Shown in pieces: positions 30,290 through 40,113 of a stretch of DNA of 64,000 nucleotides. The notes beneath the pieces are model-generated. The model made no database searches, was not told the origin of the DNA, and saw nothing but the letters and a program-made list of their open reading frames with translations. The stretch comes from a virus (taxonomy: Duplodnaviria; Caudoviricetes), in IMG/VR virus record IMGVR_UViG_3300047159_000046. One strand, 5' to 3'. The translations under genes and the position numbers were made by a program. Position 1 is the first letter of the stretch; each line of letters starts with the position of its first letter.

Positions 30290-31727
30290 GACTTTAATCG
30301 GAGAAGATGGTATTGACAGAAGAGAAGTGGGATATTATTCTACTCCTGATTTTGTTGCAAGATATATTACAGAAGAAATGCTGAGACTCAACCCAAACGG
30401 AAACTGTGTTTTGGATCCAGCGACAGGCAAAGAAGAACTCCTTCCATACTTTCATGCAGCAAATAAAAGAATAGATTCTTTTGACATAATCGATCACGGT
30501 AATCATAACTACTCGGATTTTCACTGCGCAGATTTTCTTGAATACTATATTAGTAGACTTCAATGTTTGCCAATTGAATGTCAAGAATATGACTATATGA
30601 TTGCCAACCCTCCCTATAATTGTCATGAAGTTTCATATATAAAAGACAATAAAAAAAGGTTGTCATCAGCTTTTTCCGTTGGTGCTTATAATATGTATTC
30701 AATGTTTTTATCTGCTATGATTAGCCTCGCAAAAGATGGATGTTTGATAGGAGTTATTATATCAGATTCCTTTTTGACAGCAACACTTCATGCAAAACTT
30801 CGTGAACAAATCTTTACTCAATGCACAATACATCAACTAATATTATGTCCTAACAATCTATTTTGGTCACAAGGTGCAGACGTAAGGACTTGCATCATGA
30901 TATTACAAAAGGGAACGCAATATCAAAGAAATATTCAAATATCAAATCGATCAAATTCGGTTGAGGAATTTCAGGAAATATTATCAACAAGAAGATTTAA
31001 GCGTATTAGTCTTGACGAAATACGACTGGGAAAGGATAAGTCTGTCGATCAATTTATTATTGACATAGAGCCTGATATTGTATCACTCTTCAAAGCGAAC
31101 AAACCTTTAGGAGATATATTTAAGTGCGTTACGTGCATATCAACAGGTAACGACGAGAAATATCTGTCCAAAGAAAAGAAGGAAGGATTTAGCGTGCCTT
31201 TTTATAAAAACCCTGCAAAAAGAAAATTCAAGACCGAACCTGATGCCTTCATTATTGATGATTATATGGAAGAATCTCTGAAGGTCAAGGACTTTATGGT
31301 TCGTAATAAAGGTTTTCTTAGAGATGAAGGAATTGCTTGTTCTTCAATGGGGTTGCCTTTCAGTGCGGCATATAAACCGAAAGATGCAGTGTCGGGTGTT
31401 AATGCAACCATATTCCCTGGCAGCAATAATATATTTTGGCTTATTTCTTATCTCAACAGTAGTTTGGTTACATATCTTGTAAGAGGTATCTTGATAAGGT
31501 CAAACATGATTACATCTGGGTATGTTTCTCGAATTCCTATTATTGAATTAACACATGAAGAAAAACAACAACTTGATGAGGTCGCGCAAAATGTTGTTTC
31601 TGGAATCCTGTCGGAAAGAAGAGCAATTGAGATAATCGATATTATCGTATTTAATGCCTCAAAAATATCATCCCAGAGTAGAGAAAAAATATTAGAGTTT
31701 GTAGACAATTTAGGGAAGGCTGTTTAA
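30273..31727 (+). CDS. N6-adenine DNA methyltransferase (gamma class, TaqI/Eco57I-like) with C-terminal target recognition domain
   Basis: Motif X GYYSTP, motif I VLDPATG, motif IV IANPPY, then LYxxF-like MYSMF and YLNS. Confidence 0.88.
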   Translation: MARKIKTLIGEDGIDRREVGYYSTPDFVARYITEEMLRLNPNGNCVLDPATGKEELLPYFHAANKRIDSFDIIDHGNHNYSDFHCADFLEYYISRLQCLPIECQEYDYMIANPPYNCHEVSYIKDNKKRLSSAFSVGAYNMYSMFLSAMISLAKDGCLIGVIISDSFLTATLHAKLREQIFTQCTIHQLILCPNNLFWSQGADVRTCIMILQKGTQYQRNIQISNRSNSVEEFQEILSTRRFKRISLDEIRLGKDKSVDQFIIDIEPDIVSLFKANKPLGDIFKCVTCISTGNDEKYLSKEKKEGFSVPFYKNPAKRKFKTEPDAFIIDDYMEESLKVKDFMVRNKGFLRDEGIACSSMGLPFSAAYKPKDAVSGVNATIFPGSNNIFWLISYLNSSLVTYLVRGILIRSNMITSGYVSRIPIIELTHEEKQQLDEVAQNVVSGILSERRAIEIIDIIVFNASKISSQSREKILEFVDNLGKAV

Positions 31728-31856
31728 GCCTCCCCTAAACCTTACTTTTTATTTTTCTTTTTTTCTAATGCAACCGCTATTTCTTTATTGAGCTCAACGA
31801 TATATTTTTTTGATAATATGATTTTTTTTAGAGAAAATATATAACGGACAAGTCCC

Positions 31857-32186
31857 TTAAAGTTTATAACGTTTTGTATAACTATCTATATTTCCTTTAA
31901 CATAATCGTCTCTTTTTGTTCTCGGAATACACTCGTCATACATCCATTTCTCAAAAGTTCTTCTATCATGCGCATCATTAGCTCTATTCTTATAATCATG
32001 CCTTTTGTCATTTGAATCATAATCCAAATCGAGCCAGTCTGCATCCATTTGTTCTTTTCTCGTGTTGGTAGGAAGGCCAAATTTCTCATGCCAAGATTCT
32101 GTTCTATAATCTTCATTGATGGCCTGATTGACAGCGTTTCTAATTATGTTATGGAGCTGTCCCTCTGTTAATCTTACTCTTCTCAT
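31857..32186 (-). CDS. MRRVRLTE-leader family protein, copy 3
   Basis: MRRVRLTEGQLHNIIRNAVNQAINE; ATG at 32186; CTATTTAT at 32206-32213. Confidence 0.85.
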   Translation of the reverse strand: MRRVRLTEGQLHNIIRNAVNQAINEDYRTESWHEKFGLPTNTRKEQMDADWLDLDYDSNDKRHDYKNRANDAHDRRTFEKWMYDECIPRTKRDDYVKGNIDSYTKRYKL

Positions 32187-32282
32187 ATTGTTATTCTTTT
32201 TAAATATAAATAGCAATATGAATAAAAAAAGGAAGATTTAATAAAAATCTCCCTTTTAAGCAAATGAACACTGAATTATATA

Positions 32283-33452
32283 TTATTCATCAGATGATGT
32301 ATTTTCCTCCTCGAAACGGACTTCACTGGCTTCAAAATTGCTATTGTTGGCTTCATTCATCGCCTTTACAATATTCAACAGATGCGTTTTCTTATAAGCA
32401 TCAAGATTTTCTGGAGCGATAATTCCATCACTTACACAATCCATTCTTCCCTCCGCAGAAGCATTAAATGGTTTGTCAAGTTGGTTTTTATCAATCTTTA
32501 TTCTTGTTTCTGTTCCATAATTATACTTGACACCTCCACAAACAGCATTGAGCTTTGATATTGCAGATTTAGACTCTCCTCCAACCTTGATAATAAGTCT
32601 TGCTGCAAACGATAATGATTCTCCGTTAGTAAGAACCATAGTCGGATGTCCCATACTTCCCATGTTATCATTCCAAACTTTGTTTACAAAGAACATGGTA
32701 TCTGTATATTTTGAACTTACATATCTTGTTAATCCCAATTTGAGCAATATATCTGTAAATGATGCTTTTAATTGAGCTGCGTCACGCATATTCTGTTTAC
32801 TCTTTGCCAAAAAAGATTCATAACTTTCAACCGATCCGACACTATCCCATATAAACAAAATATCTCTATCCAGTTCACCGTTACTCTGGGCGTTTAAAAA
32901 TCTTCTTATACATTCTGCAACATCTTCTATTACAGGTATATCTCTTTTTTCTTTGGTCTTTGATGCTCCTGTTCTATCGGCATAATTTATATCACCATAA
33001 AGATTGATAAGATCATTATTTCCGACATACACAAAATCTCCTTCCCAATGTGTTATTTCATTTGTTGTAACTTCTTTAACCTCTCCTGTTTCTGGATCAA
33101 CCACAGATCTTTTTACATCACCATAAACAGGTTCAGCTTTCATTCCAAAACTCCTTGCATAAGTAAAAGAAAAATTTCCCTCCGTATCTATAATGACTGG
33201 AAGAACATTTTTCTTTTGCGCTCCAACAATAGCAGCACAAACCAAAGAAGACTTACCCGTATTCGTATGTCCTCCAACCAATGTCAAAATACCTTCTGGA
33301 ATTCCAGGAAGTTTTGTTGCTTTGACAAAACCATCAGACATTGTTATCCAAGAAAGTTCTTTTAATGCTTGATCTCCAAGAGATGCCTTGAAATTAGCTA
33401 AAAATGAAGATGAACTTGCAGAATCTTTTTTCTTTATTGCTTGTTTAGCCAT
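32283..33452 (-). CDS. recA: RecA / UvsX recombinase
   Basis: Walker A GGHTNTGKS, IIDTEG, Walker B FIWDSVGS, KIDKNQL; TATCTTTG promoter at 33477-33484. Confidence 0.9.
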   Translation of the reverse strand: MAKQAIKKKDSASSSSFLANFKASLGDQALKELSWITMSDGFVKATKLPGIPEGILTLVGGHTNTGKSSLVCAAIVGAQKKNVLPVIIDTEGNFSFTYARSFGMKAEPVYGDVKRSVVDPETGEVKEVTTNEITHWEGDFVYVGNNDLINLYGDINYADRTGASKTKEKRDIPVIEDVAECIRRFLNAQSNGELDRDILFIWDSVGSVESYESFLAKSKQNMRDAAQLKASFTDILLKLGLTRYVSSKYTDTMFFVNKVWNDNMGSMGHPTMVLTNGESLSFAARLIIKVGGESKSAISKLNAVCGGVKYNYGTETRIKIDKNQLDKPFNASAEGRMDCVSDGIIAPENLDAYKKTHLLNIVKAMNEANNSNFEASEVRFEEENTSSDE

Positions 33453-33598
33453 GAATCTTATTTTTTATGTTTGAAGCAAAGATATGTGTTTTTAACATAT
33501 ATTATTTCTTTTTAACAGATTTTTTTTGAAAATAAAATTCAAATAAAAAAAGTGATGAATAACTCATCACTTTTAAAACATTAAAAAAATAAGAATCG

Positions 33599-34846
33599 TT
33601 ATTGATGACGCTCGTCATATATCTTTTTATAGAAGTTGAAACGTTTGGCAGTTACAGTTTCTATATCATAAGTATGACGAACAGTAGTAAACAAGTTAAA
33701 TCCCATTTTGGATACATATTCTGGATTATCAGCCAATTTTTTTATGTATTTTACCCATTGTTTATGATCCTTTCCACTATCTACCAACAATCCATTTCCT
33801 AATGGGTTTATATTTCCATTTTTATCAAAGAAATTTGTCAGATCCAAAGTATATGGACCAAAATTTGATGCAATAATAGCTTTTCCGAACCAACCTGCCT
33901 CAATCACTTTAAGCTGAGACTTTACAAGATTAAAATCACATGGCAATAATGGAGCAAGCAATACGTCAATGTCGTTATATAATGTGGCATATTCAGAAAT
34001 AGGCTTATTCCATATTCTTCTGTATGGTTGATCTGATACATTTGGATAATCCTCCATTTGCATATACTGTTTTAGATATGCGACATAATTTGGGTCCTTG
34101 ATTATTTTATAATCATTTGTCAGAATACTTTCATATTTGCACCATACGCTTTCACTTGGCTTAATTGGCTTTACCGTTCTCTCTTTTGTTTCAGGATTGG
34201 TATAAATGGTATTTCCTCTTGTATCGAATCCACACAAAACAATTTGAATTTTATCAAGTGTTTCATTATCAAGTTTGGTAGCAATAGAGGATAACAATTC
34301 TATATCATGCAGATGAGAACTTCCGCATATAAGTCCTATTCTAAGTCTTTTATGTGGAGAAGAAGGTGCAGGTCTGAATTGTGGCTCATAAGGATTAAGG
34401 GCATTTGGAACCACCTCGACATTCTTATTGACAACCTGTCTTACTCTCTTTGCAAATAAAGGAGTGGTTGTAGTTACATAATCAGCAGCTCTAAGATTTT
34501 TTAGAATAGGCTCTTTCCAGTTCTCCACCTTTGCAGCCAAACTCATCGGATGATAATTTCCCAAGTCCCAATTATCGTCAACATCTCCAATGGTGATTAT
34601 GCCCATTTTCTTGGCTTCGTTTACAATAACCGCATTAGGGTCCAAAGCCTTATGAAAATGAATGATATCATATCCTTTTATAAACTCAGCAAAATTATTC
34701 ATTATTCCCAAGTCATAACAGATATCCACATTTACCTCATCATCAAACATGGCTTTCATGAATATATGTGGAGATGTACTTCTGAAATATCCTACTCCCG
34801 CCCTGTCTGATGGACATACCAATATGTTTATTTTTTTAACTGACAT
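33599..34846 (-). CDS. Glycosyltransferase (GT-B fold, GT4-like)
   Basis: GVGYFR, DVDD, ADYVTTTT, VVPNA, DVLLAPL...FN..KSQLKVIEAG...IIAS..GPY. Confidence 0.85.
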   Translation of the reverse strand: MSVKKINILVCPSDRAGVGYFRSTSPHIFMKAMFDDEVNVDICYDLGIMNNFAEFIKGYDIIHFHKALDPNAVIVNEAKKMGIITIGDVDDNWDLGNYHPMSLAAKVENWKEPILKNLRAADYVTTTTPLFAKRVRQVVNKNVEVVPNALNPYEPQFRPAPSSPHKRLRIGLICGSSHLHDIELLSSIATKLDNETLDKIQIVLCGFDTRGNTIYTNPETKERTVKPIKPSESVWCKYESILTNDYKIIKDPNYVAYLKQYMQMEDYPNVSDQPYRRIWNKPISEYATLYNDIDVLLAPLLPCDFNLVKSQLKVIEAGWFGKAIIASNFGPYTLDLTNFFDKNGNINPLGNGLLVDSGKDHKQWVKYIKKLADNPEYVSKMGFNLFTTVRHTYDIETVTAKRFNFYKKIYDERHQ

Positions 34847-34915
34847 TTAAAACTAATTTACTAAAAAATAATACATTTTATTTTATTTGAAACAAATATA
34901 TTAAAAAGTTACTAT

Positions 34916-35160
34916 AAAAAAACGCAGGGCCCGATACATATCTTGACGTATCGGACCCCGAAGCTCTGTCCATTTATGGAGGAGACGTTTTTACTTTTAA
35001 AATTCATTAATCATAAATATCATGATTAGGTATCTGAATCATTATAAATTTCACTTAAATTTCTCATTTCTTAAAGAGGCTTAACCTTTACAGCCCTTAG
35101 GTTTAAATCGCCTCAATCAGTGAGGCTGCAGATTGTTGAATACGTTTCGTTCGTTTCAAC
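34916..35160 (-). ncRNA. Candidate structured non-coding RNA, about 245 nt
   Basis: Consensus promoter upstream, several hairpins, GC-rich terminator with a T7 run, no meaningful ORF. Confidence 0.65.
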
Positions 35161-35164
35161 ACAG

Positions 35165-35196
35165 CAAAGATAGGGCAAAATATTCAGACTACCAAA
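35165..35196 (-). promoter_or_regulatory. Bacteroidota sigma-A promoter (TTTG-N20-TATCTTTG)
   Basis: Plus strand shows caaagata at 35165-35172 and caaa at 35193-35196. Confidence 0.8.
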
Positions 35197-35220
35197 CTTT
35201 TTATCAATTATTATCATAAT

Positions 35221-36066
35221 TTACAAAAGAATTGCATAATGAGATTTTCCATCTGGCCCTTTCACTTTTATCCTTTTCTTTCCCTCGTACATGTCCTTTT
35301 GAGCAGGTTCTTCATTCTCCTCTCTTTCGTCATTCCCCATGAGATTGTCAATCTTGTTATTCAAAGCATCTATTTCCTTGAACATTTCATCAAAATTTTC
35401 CTGAACAGATGTGTTCAGTTTATCAACATAATCAAAAACTATTTCATTTACAATCTCATCAACATCCTTTCTGCTTAAAGAGCCATTTGGTTGCTTGGCT
35501 TCCGTCAACTGACGTCTTTCTGATACGGCAAATCCTTTATTCTGTTGTGGCATTTCATTATTCATTATCATATTGGCATTTTCATCTCTTTCCATCAAAG
35601 CTTTTGCTCTTCCTACATTCATGATATTGTTGGCATTTTGGGTATCTAAAATAGATTTACACCCAATGGATTGCAACTCCGATGTATCAAGTTCTGGTGT
35701 CGGATTCTCTAAAAAAGCCTCTTGTATTGCAGGTTCAAGTCCAGAATTTCTAATTGCAGCTTCTGAAATATTTGACAATGAATTCATCATATTACATTCA
35801 TCAACCACAGACATACTTGTATTATTTGCTACTGGCATCGCTGGCATCATATTGTTCATGTTTGCCATATTGACATGTGGAGCATTTTCACTGATTAGAG
35901 TATTGGCTGCACTTGTTCTCATATTACGCATCTTGCTTTCAAAATCAGCACCTGCGTTTTGATTTGAACTTATATTATCCATACTGTTCATCAATGCCAA
36001 AGATGCATTGATTGACGAATTTTGTGTTCTATTTATATTGCCCATTATTAATTCTGCTTTTAACAA
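35221..36066 (-). CDS. Hypothetical N/M-rich protein
   Basis: 281-aa ORF in the same strand run as its neighbours. Confidence 0.7.
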   Translation of the reverse strand: MLKAELIMGNINRTQNSSINASLALMNSMDNISSNQNAGADFESKMRNMRTSAANTLISENAPHVNMANMNNMMPAMPVANNTSMSVVDECNMMNSLSNISEAAIRNSGLEPAIQEAFLENPTPELDTSELQSIGCKSILDTQNANNIMNVGRAKALMERDENANMIMNNEMPQQNKGFAVSERRQLTEAKQPNGSLSRKDVDEIVNEIVFDYVDKLNTSVQENFDEMFKEIDALNNKIDNLMGNDEREENEEPAQKDMYEGKKRIKVKGPDGKSHYAILL

Positions 36067-36076
36067 AAAATAAACT

Positions 36077-36634
36077 CTATTTTATCAATTTTAGATTATA
36101 CCTCAAAAGTTTTTCAAAACTTTCATTTTCTATTTCCTCTTCATTCTCGTCATTTGTATCCATAGAATGAATATTATCCTCCAGATTATTTGAATTTCCA
36201 TCGTTTTTAGGAGTTGTCGGCTGTTCCTGTTTTGGAGTTGATTCCCAACGGGAGAAATTTGCATAATTGGAAACATAACTCATGGTCTTATCCATTGGAT
36301 TATATTTTCCAAAAGTGAAAGCATCAGGCAAATGGAACCTATGAAATCTTTTTGCACTGTTTTTTGAAATATCTGGCTGCAAATCTCTAATTCTGTCCAG
36401 TCTGAAAAACTTCCATGCTCTTGGCTTTTTACTTGCAGAATCCCCATAAAGTTGGAAAGCTCTTACAACATCATTACCCGATTTTGATTTTCCCAATGCC
36501 ACTGGAACTATCTCTCTCTTTACCAAATCATGTTTTTTAGGGCCGTTATAAGTCATGATAAGATAATCCTTATCATTTATTGCTTTTATCAAATCATCTT
36601 GTACGCCCTCATCTAACATCAAATCAAACAGCAT
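36077..36634 (-). CDS. WYL-domain protein
   Basis: Y.G....REIVPVALG...VRAFQ...WKFFRLDRI matches the WYL pattern. Confidence 0.7.
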   Translation of the reverse strand: MLFDLMLDEGVQDDLIKAINDKDYLIMTYNGPKKHDLVKREIVPVALGKSKSGNDVVRAFQLYGDSASKKPRAWKFFRLDRIRDLQPDISKNSAKRFHRFHLPDAFTFGKYNPMDKTMSYVSNYANFSRWESTPKQEQPTTPKNDGNSNNLEDNIHSMDTNDENEEEIENESFEKLLRYNLKLIK

Positions 36635-36666
36635 GGTAAAGTGTTTTTAAGATAAATACTAACAAA

Positions 36667-37767
36667 TTAGAAAATTGAAATTTTAGAAAGCTCTTTTTTC
36701 AAATCCTCCTGTTTCTGTATATCTCCACTTTGTATGATTCTTACAAGATAATCTGCAATATCTTCTTTTCCAGAAACTCCTTCTTTGCCTTTCCACCAAT
36801 CATAAGTCTTGATATTCAATCCATCTTCAAAGATTGAATCCGATTTAGCTTTCCATGATTTCATTCCATCAATATCTGGAAAAGCTATAAAATATTTTTT
36901 GCTTAAAGATTTCAGCAATCTTGTTTTAAGATTCCCTATTCCTCCCGTTGCCATCCAAATGACATTTTCATCGAAAAAAGTGGAACATATAATTGCTGTT
37001 TTTTCACTTTCTACAAGAAAAATTCTATTTGTATCTATAATCGATGAAATATTTTCCCCAAAAAGGCATTGTTTGAATATATAATCGCTTGGCAGCTTTT
37101 CTTTTGCCAATGAATGTACCCAATTGGCTCCTGTAGTCTTTATTCTGTGACCATCGGTCCCGTATTGAATGATTTTTCCATCTCTGCATATCCCATTTTT
37201 ATCTATTTGCCAAAAAATCGTTTCATGTTTATTTTTTGTTCCTCCAACTTTATACATTGAGAATGTGGATATTACATGGCTTTTACGATTTGGAAACAAA
37301 TTTTCCATAAAACTATAAAGATTGGAATTATCACACATACAAAAAGATTTTGAAACAAACACATCTGGAATTCCGCAATTTTTATCTATTTCGTTACTTT
37401 CAAGTTCGTCTGTATGATATTTTTGAGGATTAAACACATAGCTCAAATCTGTATAAAATGGCGTTTTTTTATAAACATCACTCACGTCTATTCCTGCTGT
37501 CTTAGCCATATAAACCAAAGACGATATGGAAACTTTCTTCCCTGTTCTCAGGGCATTATCATATTTTTTCTTGTTTTCCTCAATGGAAAATCCAGAATAC
37601 ATTGATGCAATTTTGTAAAAATAACCTCTTCCGTTTTCTCCATATTCGGAAGCAATAGCAAAGGCAACCTTGGTCCAATCCTCAAAAGAGGATGCAATAC
37701 TTTTACCAGAAACCTCAATATTCCCGATAAGTTTGTCTATGTCAAATTCACAGAAATTGTTATCCAT
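36667..37767 (-). CDS. Primase-related protein (PriCT-2 plus DUF6371/TOPRIM-like domains)
   Basis: N-terminal FEDWTKVAFAIASEYGENGRGYF; C-terminal IFWQID, QCLFGE, LVESEKTA, WMATGG, FPDID, DIAD; probable start at MDNNF. Confidence 0.75.
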   Translation of the reverse strand: MDNNFCEFDIDKLIGNIEVSGKSIASSFEDWTKVAFAIASEYGENGRGYFYKIASMYSGFSIEENKKKYDNALRTGKKVSISSLVYMAKTAGIDVSDVYKKTPFYTDLSYVFNPQKYHTDELESNEIDKNCGIPDVFVSKSFCMCDNSNLYSFMENLFPNRKSHVISTFSMYKVGGTKNKHETIFWQIDKNGICRDGKIIQYGTDGHRIKTTGANWVHSLAKEKLPSDYIFKQCLFGENISSIIDTNRIFLVESEKTAIICSTFFDENVIWMATGGIGNLKTRLLKSLSKKYFIAFPDIDGMKSWKAKSDSIFEDGLNIKTYDWWKGKEGVSGKEDIADYLVRIIQSGDIQKQEDLKKELSKISIF

Positions 37768-37817
37768 TTCTTTATTTTTAAAAAACTTCTGCAAATATAA
37801 AACAAAAAATTCAAAAA

Positions 37818-38201
37818 TCACACAACATTGATAAATAATTTTTCTCCTATCGGCAAAATAAGATTTCCTTTCGGATAAGAATAATCATTACATTCTATAT
37901 TTCCATTGAATTTTACGTTAAATTCTCCCTCGAAAACGCCATATTCATCAACATCGTACTTTTTCCAATTATAACAAATTAAATATTTTTCTTCGCAACT
38001 ATCGTCATCCGCACGCTTGATATAACATTTTGCATTGGCAACTTTGACAATTCCTGTATTTAAATTCCGCATGGAAAAATAAATTTCGGAATCTTGCAAA
38101 ATTTCGTAAAAATGTAAAAATGGTTTGTTTCTTCCTGTCTGTATGGCTTCCACTCGCAAAATCGGATTCAGGGAGCCTTTTTTGATATAAAATTCACTCA
38201 T
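37818..38201 (-). CDS. Hypothetical beta-rich virion protein (BppU N-terminal-like)
   Basis: FYIKKG..P.L, YNW...D....G.FEGEF. Confidence 0.5.
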   Translation of the reverse strand: MSEFYIKKGSLNPILRVEAIQTGRNKPFLHFYEILQDSEIYFSMRNLNTGIVKVANAKCYIKRADDDSCEEKYLICYNWKKYDVDEYGVFEGEFNVKFNGNIECNDYSYPKGNLILPIGEKLFINVV

Positions 38202-38212
38202 GATTTAAATTT

Positions 38213-39349
38213 TTAAGCAATAAAAGTTCCTAATGGAGTATATTTCAGTGCATTAACCGTATTTTCAACAAGTTTTGCATTATTCTCGGCAACATTCCAT
38301 GGCAGCATGGCTTCAAGTCTTTTATCCAGATTTTCAAGAGCTTTATCTCTTTCCGTTTTTCCAATATCCATCAAATCGGAAGTATTAAGCGTCACTTCCG
38401 AACTCGGAATGCTGACTTTTCCACTGAATTTTCCTCGAATTAAAGCTAAAGTTATAAAACATTGAGCTATAAACAGTTGTCTTACAGTGACTTTTGACGG
38501 TTCATTCATATACTCGAACTGCATCTGATCCATTGGGACTTGATCTGGTGAAATCAGCACGCTGGTATTTTTCTTCTTACAATCTCCGCTATCCTCTTTT
38601 GTGGCGTCATAGTATGTATACCAAACGTAACTATTTGCATATCTGTTCCATCCCCAATTATCATCCAACGAAATTCCTCCTGCTGAATTAAAACTTCCTG
38701 GAGTTGACATCAGATGAACAAGTCTTGTTCCGTCAGGTCCTGCTGTGACCTTGTAAGCCAAATCGCTTCGTATCATCTGGTTTTTATATTTCAAATCAGC
38801 AGCCAATAATGTCGTATCATAAGCACTTCCGATGAAAAATCCTCCAAGTCCGACTCCGTTTCCCATACTTCCCAATTGGCTATATCCTCCTCCAATTCCT
38901 GTATCCAAAGTTCCCATTGAACCATACAAGGCAGCTTTTGTCGTTGACGGAGTGACATACATCACTTCGTTTATTTCTCGATTTGGAGGTAAAACATAAA
39001 CCTGTTTTCCTCTCTCAACCTTGAAAAAATCCTTCTTCAATTCCCATGGGCCTCTTTGCTGAAGTCCAACTTCTTTTGAGAAAAAATACGACAAATCGAC
39101 AGACATATCCAACGTTCTGACAGTCAATGCATAAACCATATCAGCAGCATTCTGAAAATTTTTTCCATACAAAGTGCTCCACTGCGACTGAATCACAAAA
39201 TTCTGAATTCTTTCGGCATAATCTCCGATTGAAAGACTCAGCAAATCACACATTTGTTCCTGTGTCAATTCTACGGTTCTAATCGGAGCACCGAGCCTTG
39301 ACAATGCCATGCTAAAAATATTCTGGACTTCCTCACTAACTTCGGTCAT
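38213..39349 (-). CDS. Neck protein (T4 gp13-like)
   Basis: LSRLGAPIRTVELTQEQ...; RGKFSG...P....TLN. Confidence 0.8.
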   Translation of the reverse strand: MTEVSEEVQNIFSMALSRLGAPIRTVELTQEQMCDLLSLSIGDYAERIQNFVIQSQWSTLYGKNFQNAADMVYALTVRTLDMSVDLSYFFSKEVGLQQRGPWELKKDFFKVERGKQVYVLPPNREINEVMYVTPSTTKAALYGSMGTLDTGIGGGYSQLGSMGNGVGLGGFFIGSAYDTTLLAADLKYKNQMIRSDLAYKVTAGPDGTRLVHLMSTPGSFNSAGGISLDDNWGWNRYANSYVWYTYYDATKEDSGDCKKKNTSVLISPDQVPMDQMQFEYMNEPSKVTVRQLFIAQCFITLALIRGKFSGKVSIPSSEVTLNTSDLMDIGKTERDKALENLDKRLEAMLPWNVAENNAKLVENTVNALKYTPLGTFIA

Positions 39350-39379
39350 TTTTGTGCTTTTTAGATAAATAGCAAGCTC

Positions 39380-40110
39380 TGCAAAGAAACGTGTTTTTTT
39401 TCATTTTTTGCGAAAATTTTCATAAAATTTTTTCAGCAAGACAGAGTTTCCGTTTAAAAATTAACGATGAAATTCCAAAAAACCGAACTTTTTTCAAAAA
39501 AAACGCAATTTTTATTTTTTCAGCAAGGAAAAAAATTGGGGATTTTTCCTGAATTTTTTCCTGAATTCGATTTTTATTTAAAAAATCCGCTGATCGAACC
39601 GTGGCTTTTCTGCGTTTTTTCAGCAAGCTCAAGTTTCCAGAATTCCAACTTTTTTCCTGAATTTTTTCCTGAATTCGATTTTTATTTAAAAAATCCGCTG
39701 ATCGAACCGTGGCTTTTCTGCGTTTTTTCAGCAAGCTCAAGTTTCCAGAATTCCAACTTTTTTCCTGAATTTTTTCCTGAATTCGATTTTTATTTAAAAA
39801 ATCCGCTGATCGAACCGTGGCTTTTCTGCAAAAATCGAAAATCGTTTTTTTGCAGATTTTTTTCTTTTTTACTTTTTCTTTTCTGAGTACAGATACTGTA
39901 ACTCTTAAGTACTTTCTTTTCTTTTTCTTTTCTTATATATTCTTTTCTTTTACTTTTCTTCTTAAGTTCTTCTTAGCTTGAGCAGAATTTTTTCTTTTTT
40001 TAATTCAGTGTAACATCCAAGAACTATAGCTCTCCATACTTGCGCACGCACGCATGCATGCACGTGCGATGAATAAGGTGTAAAAAAAATTTCGATTTTG
40101 CTGAAAAAAA
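39380..40110. other. Putative replication origin
   Basis: Non-coding region at the coding-strand switch, with tandem repeats, iterons, a pyrimidine tract and an alternating purine-pyrimidine tract. Confidence 0.6.
39543..39829. repeat. 108-bp perfect tandem repeat, about 2.7 copies
   Basis: atcgaaccgtggcttttctgc starts at 39593, 39701 and 39809. Confidence 0.95.
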
Positions 40111-40113
40111 TCA

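Noticed and set aside
34916-35160. tRNA, tmRNA or SRP RNA identity for the structured RNA
   Set aside because: No cloverleaf or T-loop, tag reading frame or SRP helix-8 motif is recognisable by eye.
39543-39829. CRISPR array
   Set aside because: The units are identical head-to-tail with no unique spacers; no array is seen near tnpB or elsewhere.
39420-39886. ORFs 39420-39740 (-) and 39467-39886 (+)
   Set aside because: They are translations of the 108-bp repeat, whose period is divisible by 3; composition is biased and no coding signals are evident.
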